A DNA stretch of 41,748 nt, taken from NCBI GenBank assembly GCA_029260025.1, contig JAJDDZ010000312.1:1-41748 (forward strand), written 5' to 3'. The notes under the pieces were generated by a model. It ran no database searches and was not told the origin of the DNA. It saw only the letters and a program-made list of their open reading frames with translations. Shown here one piece after another: positions 19,619-28,974 of the stretch. The number at the start of each line of letters is the position of its first letter. Position 1 is the first letter of the stretch. Source of the DNA: Phycisphaerae bacterium (GTDB taxonomy: Bacteria; Planctomycetota; Phycisphaerae; UBA1845). Made by a program: the position numbers and the translations under genes.

Positions 19619-22600
19619 ATGAAAGCAATTGAAGTAACGCTACGCAATCCGCATCTGGTTGTTGTACTCGTACTTGCGACCGCGGTCGTCGGTTTTCGGG
19701 CGATGATGGACATTCCCGCAGACCTTCTTCCGCAGTTCGAAACGCCGGCGGTGCAGATCGTGACGTTCTATCCGGGCATGCCGCCAAAGGTGATGGAAAA
19801 GGACATCATGAGTCGCCTCGAGCGGTGGACCGGACAGTCTGTCGGTATCGAGCATCAAGAGGCGAAGGCGATGCTCGGCGATTGCATCGTCAAGGACTTC
19901 TTTCGCGAGGATATCAGCTTCGACACAGCGATGTCTCAGGTCACGTCGTACGCGATGTCGGATATGTTCTACCTGCCGCCGGGGACGATCCCGCCGATGG
20001 TCATGCCTTTCGACCCGACCGCATCGGTACCGCTTTGCTTGGTCGGCGTGTCGAGTCCGACGATGTCGGAGCAGCAACTCTACGACGTGGCGTACTACGA
20101 ATTAAGAAACAAACTACAGGCGATCCAGGGAGTTATTGCGCCTGCAGTCTATGGCGGTGTTCTCAAACGGATTCTCGCCTACATCGATCCGATGAAGCTA
20201 TCGGTTCGCGGGCTCGCACCGATGGACATCGTTGACACGCTGAACAAACAAAGCGTGTTCATCCCAACGGGCAACGCGAAGATCGGAGACATCGATTATC
20301 AGATCGTTTCTAACGCGATGACGGAGACGGTCGAGGAAATGAACGAGTTCCCGGTCAAGGTTGACGGCGATTCGGTCGTTTTCATGCGCGACATCGGCGA
20401 GGTCAAGAACGCCAGTCAGATTCAGTCCAACAAGGTCCGCATCAACGGACGCACGATGGCCTACATTCCGATCTATAGACAACCGGGCGCGAACACCCTT
20501 GAGATCGTTTCCTCGATCAAGGAGAAGCTCCAGCGAATCGGCTCTCAACTCCGCGAAGAAAAACCTGAGGCGAAGGACCTTGTACTCGGCGTCGTCATGG
20601 ATCAGTCGCTGACGGTGCAAAAGTCGGTGAAGTGGCTTCAAGTGTCAGCTGCGCTGGGGGCGATCCTCGCCGGGCTTGTAGTCTTGGTTGCGCTTTGGAG
20701 TTTGCGCCTGACGTTCATCGTCGTTCTTGCGATTCCGCTTTCGATTCTTGTGACACTGATTGGACTGTTCTATACCGGGGATACGCTCAATAGTATGACG
20801 CTTGGAGGGCTGGCACTGGCGATTGGCATTCTGGTTGACCAGTCAATTGTCGTCCTTGACAACATCGTGCGTCATCTTGACATGGGCAAGACCAACGAAC
20901 AAGCCGCCCTCGATGGTACTCGCGAGGTCTCGCTGCCGGTGCTTGTTTCGACAATTACATTTATTATTGTCTTCTTCCCCGTTGTCTTTCTCACGGGAAT
21001 TCCACGGTTCTTGTTTGAACCGCTTGCCCTTACGGTTAGCCTCGCCGTCGTCGCGAGTTATTTGATTGCGATGCTGGTGATCCCGGCGTTTTCTGCGAAG
21101 TTATTGCGCCGCCGACAGCAGGATGAAGGTACTAAGCGAAAGAGTGAAGAGCGACGAGTCGCGTTCTCAGGCCTGTTTGGAAGAATCATCGCATCCCGCC
21201 ACGTCGTGGTCCTCGCGTCGTTCGGTTTGGTGATCGCGGCTGGGTTTATTGGCTGGACGGGTTTAGGACGCGAGCTGTTTCCGCCCGTTGATTCGAACCA
21301 GTTCATGATCAACGTGCGGTTGCCGTCCGGGACTCGCATCGAAAACACCGAAGCGGTCGTTGCCGAGATCGAAAAGAACATTACGGATCTCGTCGGCTCG
21401 CCGGACCCGGATTTTCCCGAGGCGGAAAAAGACGCGGACTCGAACTTGGTGATCCTGATTTCGAACATCGGCGTTCTCATGGATTGGCCCGCTGCGTATA
21501 CGCCCAACAACGGACCGATGGACGCGTTCCTGCTTGTACAGCTAAAAGGCAAGTCAGGACACCCAAACACGTTCGCGACGGTCGATACGTTGCGTGAACG
21601 GTTGAATCGAGAGTTTCCCCAGGCGAATTTCGCGTTTGACACGGGCGGGATGATGACGGCCGCGATGAACTTCGGTTTGCCGTCGCCGATTCAGGTTCAG
21701 GTGCGCGGTAGCGATTTGAACACGTCGATGCAAATCGGGACTGAGATTCTCCAGATCGTGCAATCGGTACCCGGTACGACGGACGTTCGTATCGCGCAGC
21801 GAATGGATTATCCGCAGATCGGTATCGATGTGGACCGTGTCCGAGCGGCGCAGCTAGGGCTCACTCAAGACGACGTGATTAAGAACGTCGTTACGGCGCT
21901 CAACTCTAGTATCGGATTTGATCCCGCTTTTTGGATTACGCCAAGCGGTGGTCACTATTTCATTGGTGCTCAATACGCTGAGGCGGACATCAACTCATTG
22001 GAAACCATTCGCGATATTCCGATTAGCGGCGCGAACAGCAAGGTACCCGTTCCGCTTCGAAACGTGGCAGATTTCTATCGTTCAACGGGACCGGCGGTTA
22101 TCAATCACCACAACATTACGAAAGTCATCGACGTCTACGCGAACGTTGCGACCGGGGTCGACGCGGGTTCGGTCGCAGAAGAGATCGAGCGGCGACTTGC
22201 AGAGTCCACGGTGCTCGCGCCGAAGGCAGAGACCGATGCGCGAGGAACTTTCTACGGGGTCAACGGCGACTACGCGGGTCGCGGTTATTCGTTCAAGGTC
22301 AAAGGCGAGACGGAGACGATGAGAAATGCGTTTTCCCAGTTCGCCGCCGGTCTCGGGATCGCCGCGATTCTGGTTTACCTCGCGATGGTAGCCCAGCTTC
22401 GATCGTTCACCGTTCCGTTTATTATTATTTTGAGCGTCCCGCTTGCACTCGTTGGAGTGGTCGCAGCCCTGTTTGTCACGGGGACGAATCTGAACATCCC
22501 CGCGTTCATGGGAATTATCATGATTACGGGGATCGTTGTTGAATACAGCATTATTCTCCTTGAATTCGCCGACAAGCGCGTGCGCGAAGGCGTCCCCGTT

Positions 22601-22843
22601 CGCAAAGCTATCGAAGAGGCGACGTTCATTCGACTTCGCCCGATTCTGATGACGTCCTTAACAACCTGGCTGGCGCTGATCCCCATGGCGATCGGAGCAG
22701 CCGGCGGCGAGGCGAACGCTCCCCTGGCACGAACGATCATCGGCGGCGTCTTGGCAGCGACGCTGCTTTCGCTCATCGTGATTCCTTGCATGTATGTGAT
22801 GGTCAAACGCGCACCGGAAGGTTCCAAGGCGGTGGCGTCGTGA
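19619..22843 (+). CDS. RND efflux transporter permease subunit (AcrB/CusA superfamily)
   Basis: 1074 aa with 12-TM RND topology; 'LNSMTLGGLALAIGILVDQSIVVLDNI', 'RLRPILMT', 'APLARTIIGG'. Confidence 0.95.
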   Translation: MKAIEVTLRNPHLVVVLVLATAVVGFRAMMDIPADLLPQFETPAVQIVTFYPGMPPKVMEKDIMSRLERWTGQSVGIEHQEAKAMLGDCIVKDFFREDISFDTAMSQVTSYAMSDMFYLPPGTIPPMVMPFDPTASVPLCLVGVSSPTMSEQQLYDVAYYELRNKLQAIQGVIAPAVYGGVLKRILAYIDPMKLSVRGLAPMDIVDTLNKQSVFIPTGNAKIGDIDYQIVSNAMTETVEEMNEFPVKVDGDSVVFMRDIGEVKNASQIQSNKVRINGRTMAYIPIYRQPGANTLEIVSSIKEKLQRIGSQLREEKPEAKDLVLGVVMDQSLTVQKSVKWLQVSAALGAILAGLVVLVALWSLRLTFIVVLAIPLSILVTLIGLFYTGDTLNSMTLGGLALAIGILVDQSIVVLDNIVRHLDMGKTNEQAALDGTREVSLPVLVSTITFIIVFFPVVFLTGIPRFLFEPLALTVSLAVVASYLIAMLVIPAFSAKLLRRRQQDEGTKRKSEERRVAFSGLFGRIIASRHVVVLASFGLVIAAGFIGWTGLGRELFPPVDSNQFMINVRLPSGTRIENTEAVVAEIEKNITDLVGSPDPDFPEAEKDADSNLVILISNIGVLMDWPAAYTPNNGPMDAFLLVQLKGKSGHPNTFATVDTLRERLNREFPQANFAFDTGGMMTAAMNFGLPSPIQVQVRGSDLNTSMQIGTEILQIVQSVPGTTDVRIAQRMDYPQIGIDVDRVRAAQLGLTQDDVIKNVVTALNSSIGFDPAFWITPSGGHYFIGAQYAEADINSLETIRDIPISGANSKVPVPLRNVADFYRSTGPAVINHHNITKVIDVYANVATGVDAGSVAEEIERRLAESTVLAPKAETDARGTFYGVNGDYAGRGYSFKVKGETETMRNAFSQFAAGLGIAAILVYLAMVAQLRSFTVPFIIILSVPLALVGVVAALFVTGTNLNIPAFMGIIMITGIVVEYSIILLEFADKRVREGVPVRKAIEEATFIRLRPILMTSLTTWLALIPMAIGAAGGEANAPLARTIIGGVLAATLLSLIVIPCMYVMVKRAPEGSKAVAS

Positions 22844-22861
22844 TACGAGTCTCTTGACGAT

Positions 22862-24169
22862 ATGGAAACAAAGATGAAAACCTCAAGAACCGCAACGACT
22901 CATCGGCATATCCCCGTGATAACGACCTTTCTGGTCGCATTGTTGTCGTTGTTTTTTGCGCAAGCGCGCGCGATCGGACAACAAACCAAACCAAACACAG
23001 CCGTCAGAGCGGAGGTCGTGAAACCCGCAAGTCGTCCGCTTCTACGTAAGGTGACGCTTCCGGGGAGTATCCGGGCTGAAGAATTGGTCGATCTTTATTC
23101 GAAGGCAAGCGGTTTCGTTGGATCGATTAACGTAGACATCGGAAGTCGCGTCAAAAAGGGCGATGTTCTTGTGCAGATCGACGTGCCCGAGATGCAGGAC
23201 GAACTGCGTCAAGCGAAATCGTTGGTCCAAGCCAAAGAGGCCAAGGTCAGTGCTCTTCAAGCGAAAGCAGGACACGCGGAGCAAGAGATTCTGACAGCTT
23301 CTGCCGACGTTCAGCAATACGAAGCGAAGTATACGCTTAGTCAAATGAATCTGAAGCGCAAGCAGGAACTTCGCGAAGGCAACGCGATCCCCGAGCAAGT
23401 ACTCGATCAGGCGCAGAGCGATCACGCAGTGGCTGGGGCGCAGGCGGAGATGGCGCGGATCAACGTTGCCGCCGCCCGCGCACAGAAACAAGCAGTAGAA
23501 GCTGATGTAGAGGTCGCCAGGGCGGACGCAGGCGTGGTTCGCGCCGACGTAGCAAAACTGCAGACGCTGATGGCGTACGCCCAGATCAAAGCGCCGTTCG
23601 ACGGTTTGATTACGATGCGTAACATCGATCACGGCGCATTCGTGCGCTCAGCCGCTGAGGGTGCCACCATGCCGCTGCTGCGAATCGCCATGAACGATCG
23701 CGTGCGCATCGTCATGGAGATTGCCGAGGGGGATGCGCCTTATGTTCGTGCGGGAACGGCTGTCACCGTCACGATCGCCGCGCTCGGCGGCGACCCGATC
23801 TCCGCGACCATCGCTCGGACGGCGGGTGCGCTCAATCCGAGTACACGCACCATGCGAGCGGAGGCGGACCTTGATAACGCCGACAATAGGTTGACCGCTG
23901 GTATGTACGCGATCGTCGCGGTGAATCTTGAGTCCAAGCAGCAAACGATGATGATCCCGTCCAAGGCAATTCGCACCGTAGGAGAGGATACGGTTGTGTT
24001 CGTGATTGATGGCGGCGTCGCGACTGCGAAGCCGATCACCATGGGATATGACGACGGGATCTGGGTTGAAGTGCTATCGGGACTCGACGGAAGCGAAGCA
24101 ATCATCACTGCCACCAACGGTGCGGTTACCATCGGGATGGCGGTCGCTGCTGTGCAGGCTGGTCTTTGA
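22862..24169 (+). CDS. RND efflux periplasmic adaptor (membrane fusion protein)
   Basis: Lipoyl halves 'SKASGFVGSINVDIGSRVKKGDVL' and 'IKAPFDGLIT', long coiled coil, 'TRTMRAE', 'VEVLSGL'. Confidence 0.93.
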   Translation: METKMKTSRTATTHRHIPVITTFLVALLSLFFAQARAIGQQTKPNTAVRAEVVKPASRPLLRKVTLPGSIRAEELVDLYSKASGFVGSINVDIGSRVKKGDVLVQIDVPEMQDELRQAKSLVQAKEAKVSALQAKAGHAEQEILTASADVQQYEAKYTLSQMNLKRKQELREGNAIPEQVLDQAQSDHAVAGAQAEMARINVAAARAQKQAVEADVEVARADAGVVRADVAKLQTLMAYAQIKAPFDGLITMRNIDHGAFVRSAAEGATMPLLRIAMNDRVRIVMEIAEGDAPYVRAGTAVTVTIAALGGDPISATIARTAGALNPSTRTMRAEADLDNADNRLTAGMYAIVAVNLESKQQTMMIPSKAIRTVGEDTVVFVIDGGVATAKPITMGYDDGIWVEVLSGLDGSEAIITATNGAVTIGMAVAAVQAGL

Positions 24170-24201
24170 TTCGCGCGATCATCCAAGGGAGTGGAATAAT
24201 A

Positions 24202-25869
24202 ATGGCAAACTCAAACATTTCTTGTTGCACCGTACCTGACGATCGTCGTTCCGATCCGCGAACAGCGAGGAGCATCAGACCGCATCAGCTGCGCGACTAT
24301 CGCCTGCTGCTCGCGCTGTTCACGCTTGCCTTTGTTCCGATTGGCTGTCAAAAGCCGACGATGGACCTCCTGCCGCCTCGTCCGAGTCTTGCTTCCACGG
24401 AAGTTACCGGCGACCATGAACCCCTTCGTCTCGACGCCTCGCATATTCGCCCAATGTACACCGAGCTGCTTCCGATCGACTTATCGACGGTCGCTCGCGT
24501 TGCAACGGCAGAGAACTTTGACATTCGCCTCGCTCGGTCCGCCGTTGAAGCGTCACTCGGTCAATACGAGAGCACCGTTGGCAGCGCCTTCCCAGCGATC
24601 GTACCTACCGCGGTTTTCGAGCATGTCGAGGGAACAGTTCGAGCGACCGAGGGCAATCTCGTCGGCGTCGGTTTTGATACGTTTCAGGCTTCGGCTGCGA
24701 TCCAGTGGGTTGTCAATCCGGGGCGCGTCATCTACGACATCGTCGCCGCTAAGAAAAGGCTTTACGCTTCCGAGCGTCAAGAGCAGGCTGTTATTCAGAA
24801 GACGCTTCGGCGGGCTGTCGTTGGGTATTACTCGCTCGCGTTTGCCCAAGCGAGCGTTTCCGCCGCGAATCAAGGTGTGATCGAGGCAGACGAGCTGCTT
24901 CGCATAACCAAAATTCGTGTGCAGACCGGAACCGGCGTCCTTGCTGATGAACTTCGGGCGGACGCGAGACTAGCTGAGCGAAAGCAGGATCTCGTCTCCG
25001 CGCTCAACAACCTATACCGCGAGTCGGTCGCATTGTCGTTGACGTTGCATCTGGATTCCACGGTGACGCTCTTGCCGAGTGCGAGCGAGCTTCCGCCGAT
25101 CGGGCTCGTTCGCGACGATCTTGAGATTGATGAATTGCTCGGTTTCGCCATGGCCTTCCGGCCAGACCTCGAAAGCTTCCGGCAGATCGCCCAGGCTGCT
25201 GAGGCTGACGCGGGGAGTACATGGTGGAGCGGATTCGGCCCCGAACTTGCGCTGAGTTATCAATACGGCGGGATCATGGCCCAGGCTGATAGTGTAGAAA
25301 GCGCCGAAGGCATCCCGTCAAACCTCATCGTGAATCCCGGATCGGCGAACGGCTCATTTTCTGGGAATCCGGTCGCCAACGGGTTCATTCGCGAAGGCAT
25401 TTCGAGGGGGTCAAAGCGGCTAGATGGTCGCGATAACAAGAGATACGGATTCAGTGACCAACAGCGAGGAAGGGCGGGCGTGGGTTGGCGTTTGAGTCTC
25501 GCGACGTTTGGTCAAGTAAAGTCAGCCAACGCCGCCAACCAGCAAGCGATTATCCGGGCCGAGCAAATGCTCGACATGGTTCGCGCCGAGGTCGTCACCG
25601 CCGCCCAGATGAGCAAGACTCAAGAACAATTAGTCGCCTTAGCTCGCCAGCAGGTGACGTCCGCCGAAGAAGCACTGAGACTTAGCGAGGCGAATCTCAG
25701 CGCGGGTGCGATGACAACCCTCGACGTTCTCCAGGCTCAAGACGCCGCAACCCAGGCAAGACTTCGATACGCTCGCGCTGTTGTTGGGTACAACCAGTCG
25801 CAGGTGAACCTGTTGGCTTCGCTGGGATTGTTGTCAGAAGAGTCGCTTTTGCTACAAAACGACTCTTAG
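24202..25869 (+). CDS. TolC family outer membrane efflux protein (probable lipoprotein)
   Basis: Lipobox-like 'VPIGC', OEP repeats and 'AEEALRLSEANLSAGAMTTLDVLQAQ'. Follows the MFP gene. Confidence 0.88.
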   Translation: MANSNISCCTVPDDRRSDPRTARSIRPHQLRDYRLLLALFTLAFVPIGCQKPTMDLLPPRPSLASTEVTGDHEPLRLDASHIRPMYTELLPIDLSTVARVATAENFDIRLARSAVEASLGQYESTVGSAFPAIVPTAVFEHVEGTVRATEGNLVGVGFDTFQASAAIQWVVNPGRVIYDIVAAKKRLYASERQEQAVIQKTLRRAVVGYYSLAFAQASVSAANQGVIEADELLRITKIRVQTGTGVLADELRADARLAERKQDLVSALNNLYRESVALSLTLHLDSTVTLLPSASELPPIGLVRDDLEIDELLGFAMAFRPDLESFRQIAQAAEADAGSTWWSGFGPELALSYQYGGIMAQADSVESAEGIPSNLIVNPGSANGSFSGNPVANGFIREGISRGSKRLDGRDNKRYGFSDQQRGRAGVGWRLSLATFGQVKSANAANQQAIIRAEQMLDMVRAEVVTAAQMSKTQEQLVALARQQVTSAEEALRLSEANLSAGAMTTLDVLQAQDAATQARLRYARAVVGYNQSQVNLLASLGLLSEESLLLQNDS

Positions 25870-25913
25870 TTGTTCAAGGTTAAATCCTGCGAATCGCAGA
25901 CAGATCGGACGCA

Positions 25914-26465
25914 CTATCGCGGGTCCGGCGGTCTCAGAATCGACAGATACGCTTTCCACGGTCCAACCTCATTCTCAAGCTGAAATGCCATCGCTTTCGC
26001 CATTTGTGAGATATGGTTGAGATCGTGAACCACCCACGCGGATAGCAATTCGCGAAGCTTTACGCCTCCAAGCGCCGGATGCAATCCGCGACTGTTGAGT
26101 TGCTTTTCAGAAAGATTCATCGCGAGGAGCGACTCGATATTCTCGGCACGAAGTCGTCCAAACTCGGCCAACAAATCGGAGATCTTTTTTCCTTGACTGT
26201 CCTTCACCTGCGCAAAGCGATCGAAGGGCTCAAATGGTTGTGACTCACCATGTTCGAGGACGATTCGCATGCGCGGAATCCAGTCCGTTCTCTCGCCGTG
26301 AATCAGATGCCCCACAATGTCAAACGCGCTCCAAGTGTCCGCGCCGTAGTTGTTTTCAGACCACTCCTGACTCAGGCCACGCAACATCATTTTCAGCACG
26401 TCGGGCGTGTTGGATAGAATCTCAACCGTCCGTTGTACGGAGTACTCCACCACGCTTCCTTTCAC
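25914..26465 (-). CDS. DinB family protein (DinB_2 / thiol S-transferase-like four-helix bundle)
   Basis: 'WSAFDIVGHLIHGE', 'FEPFDR', 'WVVHDLNHISQ' His triad. Confidence 0.9.
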   Translation of the reverse strand: MKGSVVEYSVQRTVEILSNTPDVLKMMLRGLSQEWSENNYGADTWSAFDIVGHLIHGERTDWIPRMRIVLEHGESQPFEPFDRFAQVKDSQGKKISDLLAEFGRLRAENIESLLAMNLSEKQLNSRGLHPALGGVKLRELLSAWVVHDLNHISQMAKAMAFQLENEVGPWKAYLSILRPPDPR

Positions 26466-26510
26466 CAGTCCGTATTCTGATGTTTGAACTGTTCGACGCT
26501 TCGGCGTTTC

Positions 26511-28604
26511 CTACGACGACGGCTTATCCTCACTCGGCTTTTCCGCATCCTCCGCGGGCGTCTCAAGGATATACCGATCGAACCACGCGACGTCCCATTC
26601 CATCTTCGCTTTGCGGTGCTTGTACGTTGTTAGCCCGTGACCTTCGCCGGGGTAGACGACCAGTTCGGTGGGAACGTTGAGGTATTGTTTGAGTCCGCGA
26701 TAGAGAGTCTTCGAGTGTGCGACGGGAACTCGTGCATCATTTTCGCCAACGTGAATGAGTGTCGGCGTCTTGACCTTGTGCAGGTTATACAGCGGCGACC
26801 CGGCTCGGTACTCATCGAGATTCCCCCACGGTTGTGCGCCCTTCATGAAATTAATCACGTGGCCTGGCGTGTCTTCGACGCCCCATTGAATGACTTGATC
26901 GACAACGCCCGCACCGCTGCTCGCCGCCTTGAATCGGTCGGTCGTCGTTATCAAACAGTTCGTGAGAAACCCGCCGTTGCTCCAGCCCATCACGCCAAGT
27001 CGATCCGCATCGGCCACACCGCTCGCGACGAGCGAATCAACGCCCGCAAGAATGTCTTGCACCTCGATGTCATTCTCGTGGCCAATCAGATCGATCATGA
27101 ATTTGTCGCCGTATCCGGTTGACCCGCGATAGTTGGGACTAATGACCGCGTAGCCTTTCGCTGCGAGCATGGTCCGCCCGTAGATCCAAAAGCGCATCCG
27201 AAACTTGCTGGCTGAGGTCGGTCCGCCGTGAATTTCGACCACCATCGGAAGCGGGTCGTCACCTTTCTTGTAGTCCGGCGGTAGTTCGAGAACGCCCTCA
27301 ACCTGAGAACCATCCGGCGCTTCCCATTGCACGAGTCCAATCTGCGGAAGTTTCCACGTATCGACCTGCGGGTTGACCTGCGTCAGTCGATCGAGCTTCC
27401 CGTCATTTCCCACAAGATAGACGTCCGGCGGATCGGTCAGCGTGCTCGTGATGACGGCTTGTGTCTTGCCGTCGGGGGAGAAGTGATAGCTATCAACAGT
27501 AATGTCGCCCGGCGTTAGCGTCGTAAACGAGCTCTGCGTTCCGCCGCGAACGTTGGTGATGGCATACACCCGCGTTCGCGCATGGTCGTCACCTTCAAAG
27601 CAGAGGTCGCGTGTTTCTCCTCGCCAGCGCAGTGTTCCCCCAACGACCGAAACAACGTCAGGGCGCTTCAGCTCAGCGAGTTTTGGAGAGTCTCCCATCC
27701 ACTCTGCCACAAAAATCTGCGTAGGAAACCCATCGAATGAGAGCGTAAATCCTAGCGCCAAGCTATCCGCCGACCACGCGATATCGTCAAGCCATCCATA
27801 TGGCGACGCATGTGAAGCGCGCCAACCGTCTTCGGTCACGATGCTGACTTCCTTCGTCTCGGCATCGTAGACGTCCACGCGCGACCAACCCTCGTTGTGG
27901 ACGAGTTCGTTGTCCGGCGTCGTAATCATCCCAATGCGGCGCTCGTCGGGCGAGACTTTCATGGAACCAACCACGCGATCTTCGTCGATGATTTTTTCCG
28001 CGCGCCAGTTGACTAGGTCGAGCTTCCAGATCTGCGTGTACTTCGAGATTCCGTGGCCGTAGGTCAACGTGGAGTGCGAATCGCGCATCTCCTTCCACTC
28101 ATCCTCCTTGCCTTCGTGGGTGACGGCGTAGTAGAGAGATTTTCCGCTTGACGATAGTTGATATTGTCCCACGCCGTCTTTCACGCGAGTGACAGCCGTC
28201 GGTTCGCCGCCAGTGGGCGAGATTCGCCAAACTTGTCCCTTACCATCGAGTGGCGGCTTTTCCTCGCCGGCGCGCTTGTGGCCTGCTTTGTAGTAGATGA
28301 ATTTTCCGTCGGGGCTCCACTGGATGCTGCCCTCGTTCGCTTTGTCGAAGGTGAGTCGGTTCGGTTGCTTCGTCGCGGTGTCAACAACCCAAAGGTCGGT
28401 GTTTCGGCGATCCTCCGGCGGTTCCCAACGTGTCTCGGTGAAGGCGACGGTCTTACCGTCCGGTGAAACCGCGACGCTGCTGACAACGCCGATAGTAAAG
28501 TAGTCTTCGGGTTCGATGTCGTGGTCCCTCACCGGCGAATCAGCGTCCGCGAGCGGCGAGAACAGTAGCGAGATCGAAATTGCGATGAAAAATAGACGAA
28601 TCAC
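26511..28604 (-). CDS. S9 family peptidase (dipeptidyl aminopeptidase/acylaminoacyl peptidase), exported
   Basis: Signal peptide, beta-propeller repeats (SPDG), 'IHGGP', 'NYRGSTGYG', nucleophile 'GWSNGG', 'D.RVP', 'YPGEGH'. Strong RBS AGGAGG before the GTG. Confidence 0.94.
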   Translation of the reverse strand: MIRLFFIAISISLLFSPLADADSPVRDHDIEPEDYFTIGVVSSVAVSPDGKTVAFTETRWEPPEDRRNTDLWVVDTATKQPNRLTFDKANEGSIQWSPDGKFIYYKAGHKRAGEEKPPLDGKGQVWRISPTGGEPTAVTRVKDGVGQYQLSSSGKSLYYAVTHEGKEDEWKEMRDSHSTLTYGHGISKYTQIWKLDLVNWRAEKIIDEDRVVGSMKVSPDERRIGMITTPDNELVHNEGWSRVDVYDAETKEVSIVTEDGWRASHASPYGWLDDIAWSADSLALGFTLSFDGFPTQIFVAEWMGDSPKLAELKRPDVVSVVGGTLRWRGETRDLCFEGDDHARTRVYAITNVRGGTQSSFTTLTPGDITVDSYHFSPDGKTQAVITSTLTDPPDVYLVGNDGKLDRLTQVNPQVDTWKLPQIGLVQWEAPDGSQVEGVLELPPDYKKGDDPLPMVVEIHGGPTSASKFRMRFWIYGRTMLAAKGYAVISPNYRGSTGYGDKFMIDLIGHENDIEVQDILAGVDSLVASGVADADRLGVMGWSNGGFLTNCLITTTDRFKAASSGAGVVDQVIQWGVEDTPGHVINFMKGAQPWGNLDEYRAGSPLYNLHKVKTPTLIHVGENDARVPVAHSKTLYRGLKQYLNVPTELVVYPGEGHGLTTYKHRKAKMEWDVAWFDRYILETPAEDAEKPSEDKPSS

Positions 28605-28847
28605 GGATCCACCTCCTATGGGGATTGGGAGTCAAAAACTCAATCACATGGAGCAGTCGAACGACCGCAAATATCAGGCGCCTGCGCTCCACCTCGCACC
28701 GCTGTGTCATTTTGCGGGGATTGTGGACACAGGACAAGCGGTGGGGCCGTGCGATTTTGGGTTCATCAGGCGTTGCTCCCGGCGAAACAGCCACTAAACT
28801 AATGCCGCACGGGCGGAAGATGTCGCCCAAGACATTTTCGTGCACCG

Positions 28848-28934
28848 GGAGGAGTGGCCGAGCGGCTGAAGGCGACGGTTTTGAAAACCGTTTGGCGGGA
28901 AACCGTCACGGGGGTTCGAATCCCTCCTCCTCCG
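28848..28934 (+). tRNA. tRNA-Ser (anticodon TGA)
   Basis: Acceptor GGAGGAG/CTCCTCC+G, D-arm GCCGAGCGGCTGAAGGC, anticodon arm ACGGT-TTTGAAA-ACCGT, long variable arm, T-loop TTCGAAT. CCA not encoded. Confidence 0.96.
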
Positions 28935-28974
28935 GTGGTTGGGACGGTACTGTTTGGGGAAAGGATCCAATCCG

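Noticed and set aside
28848-28934. tRNA with long variable arm as tRNA-Sec (selC) supporting the selenoprotein candidate
   Set aside because: The anticodon is TGA (reads the Ser codon UCA), not TCA, and the acceptor stem is a normal 7 bp. It is an ordinary tRNA-Ser.
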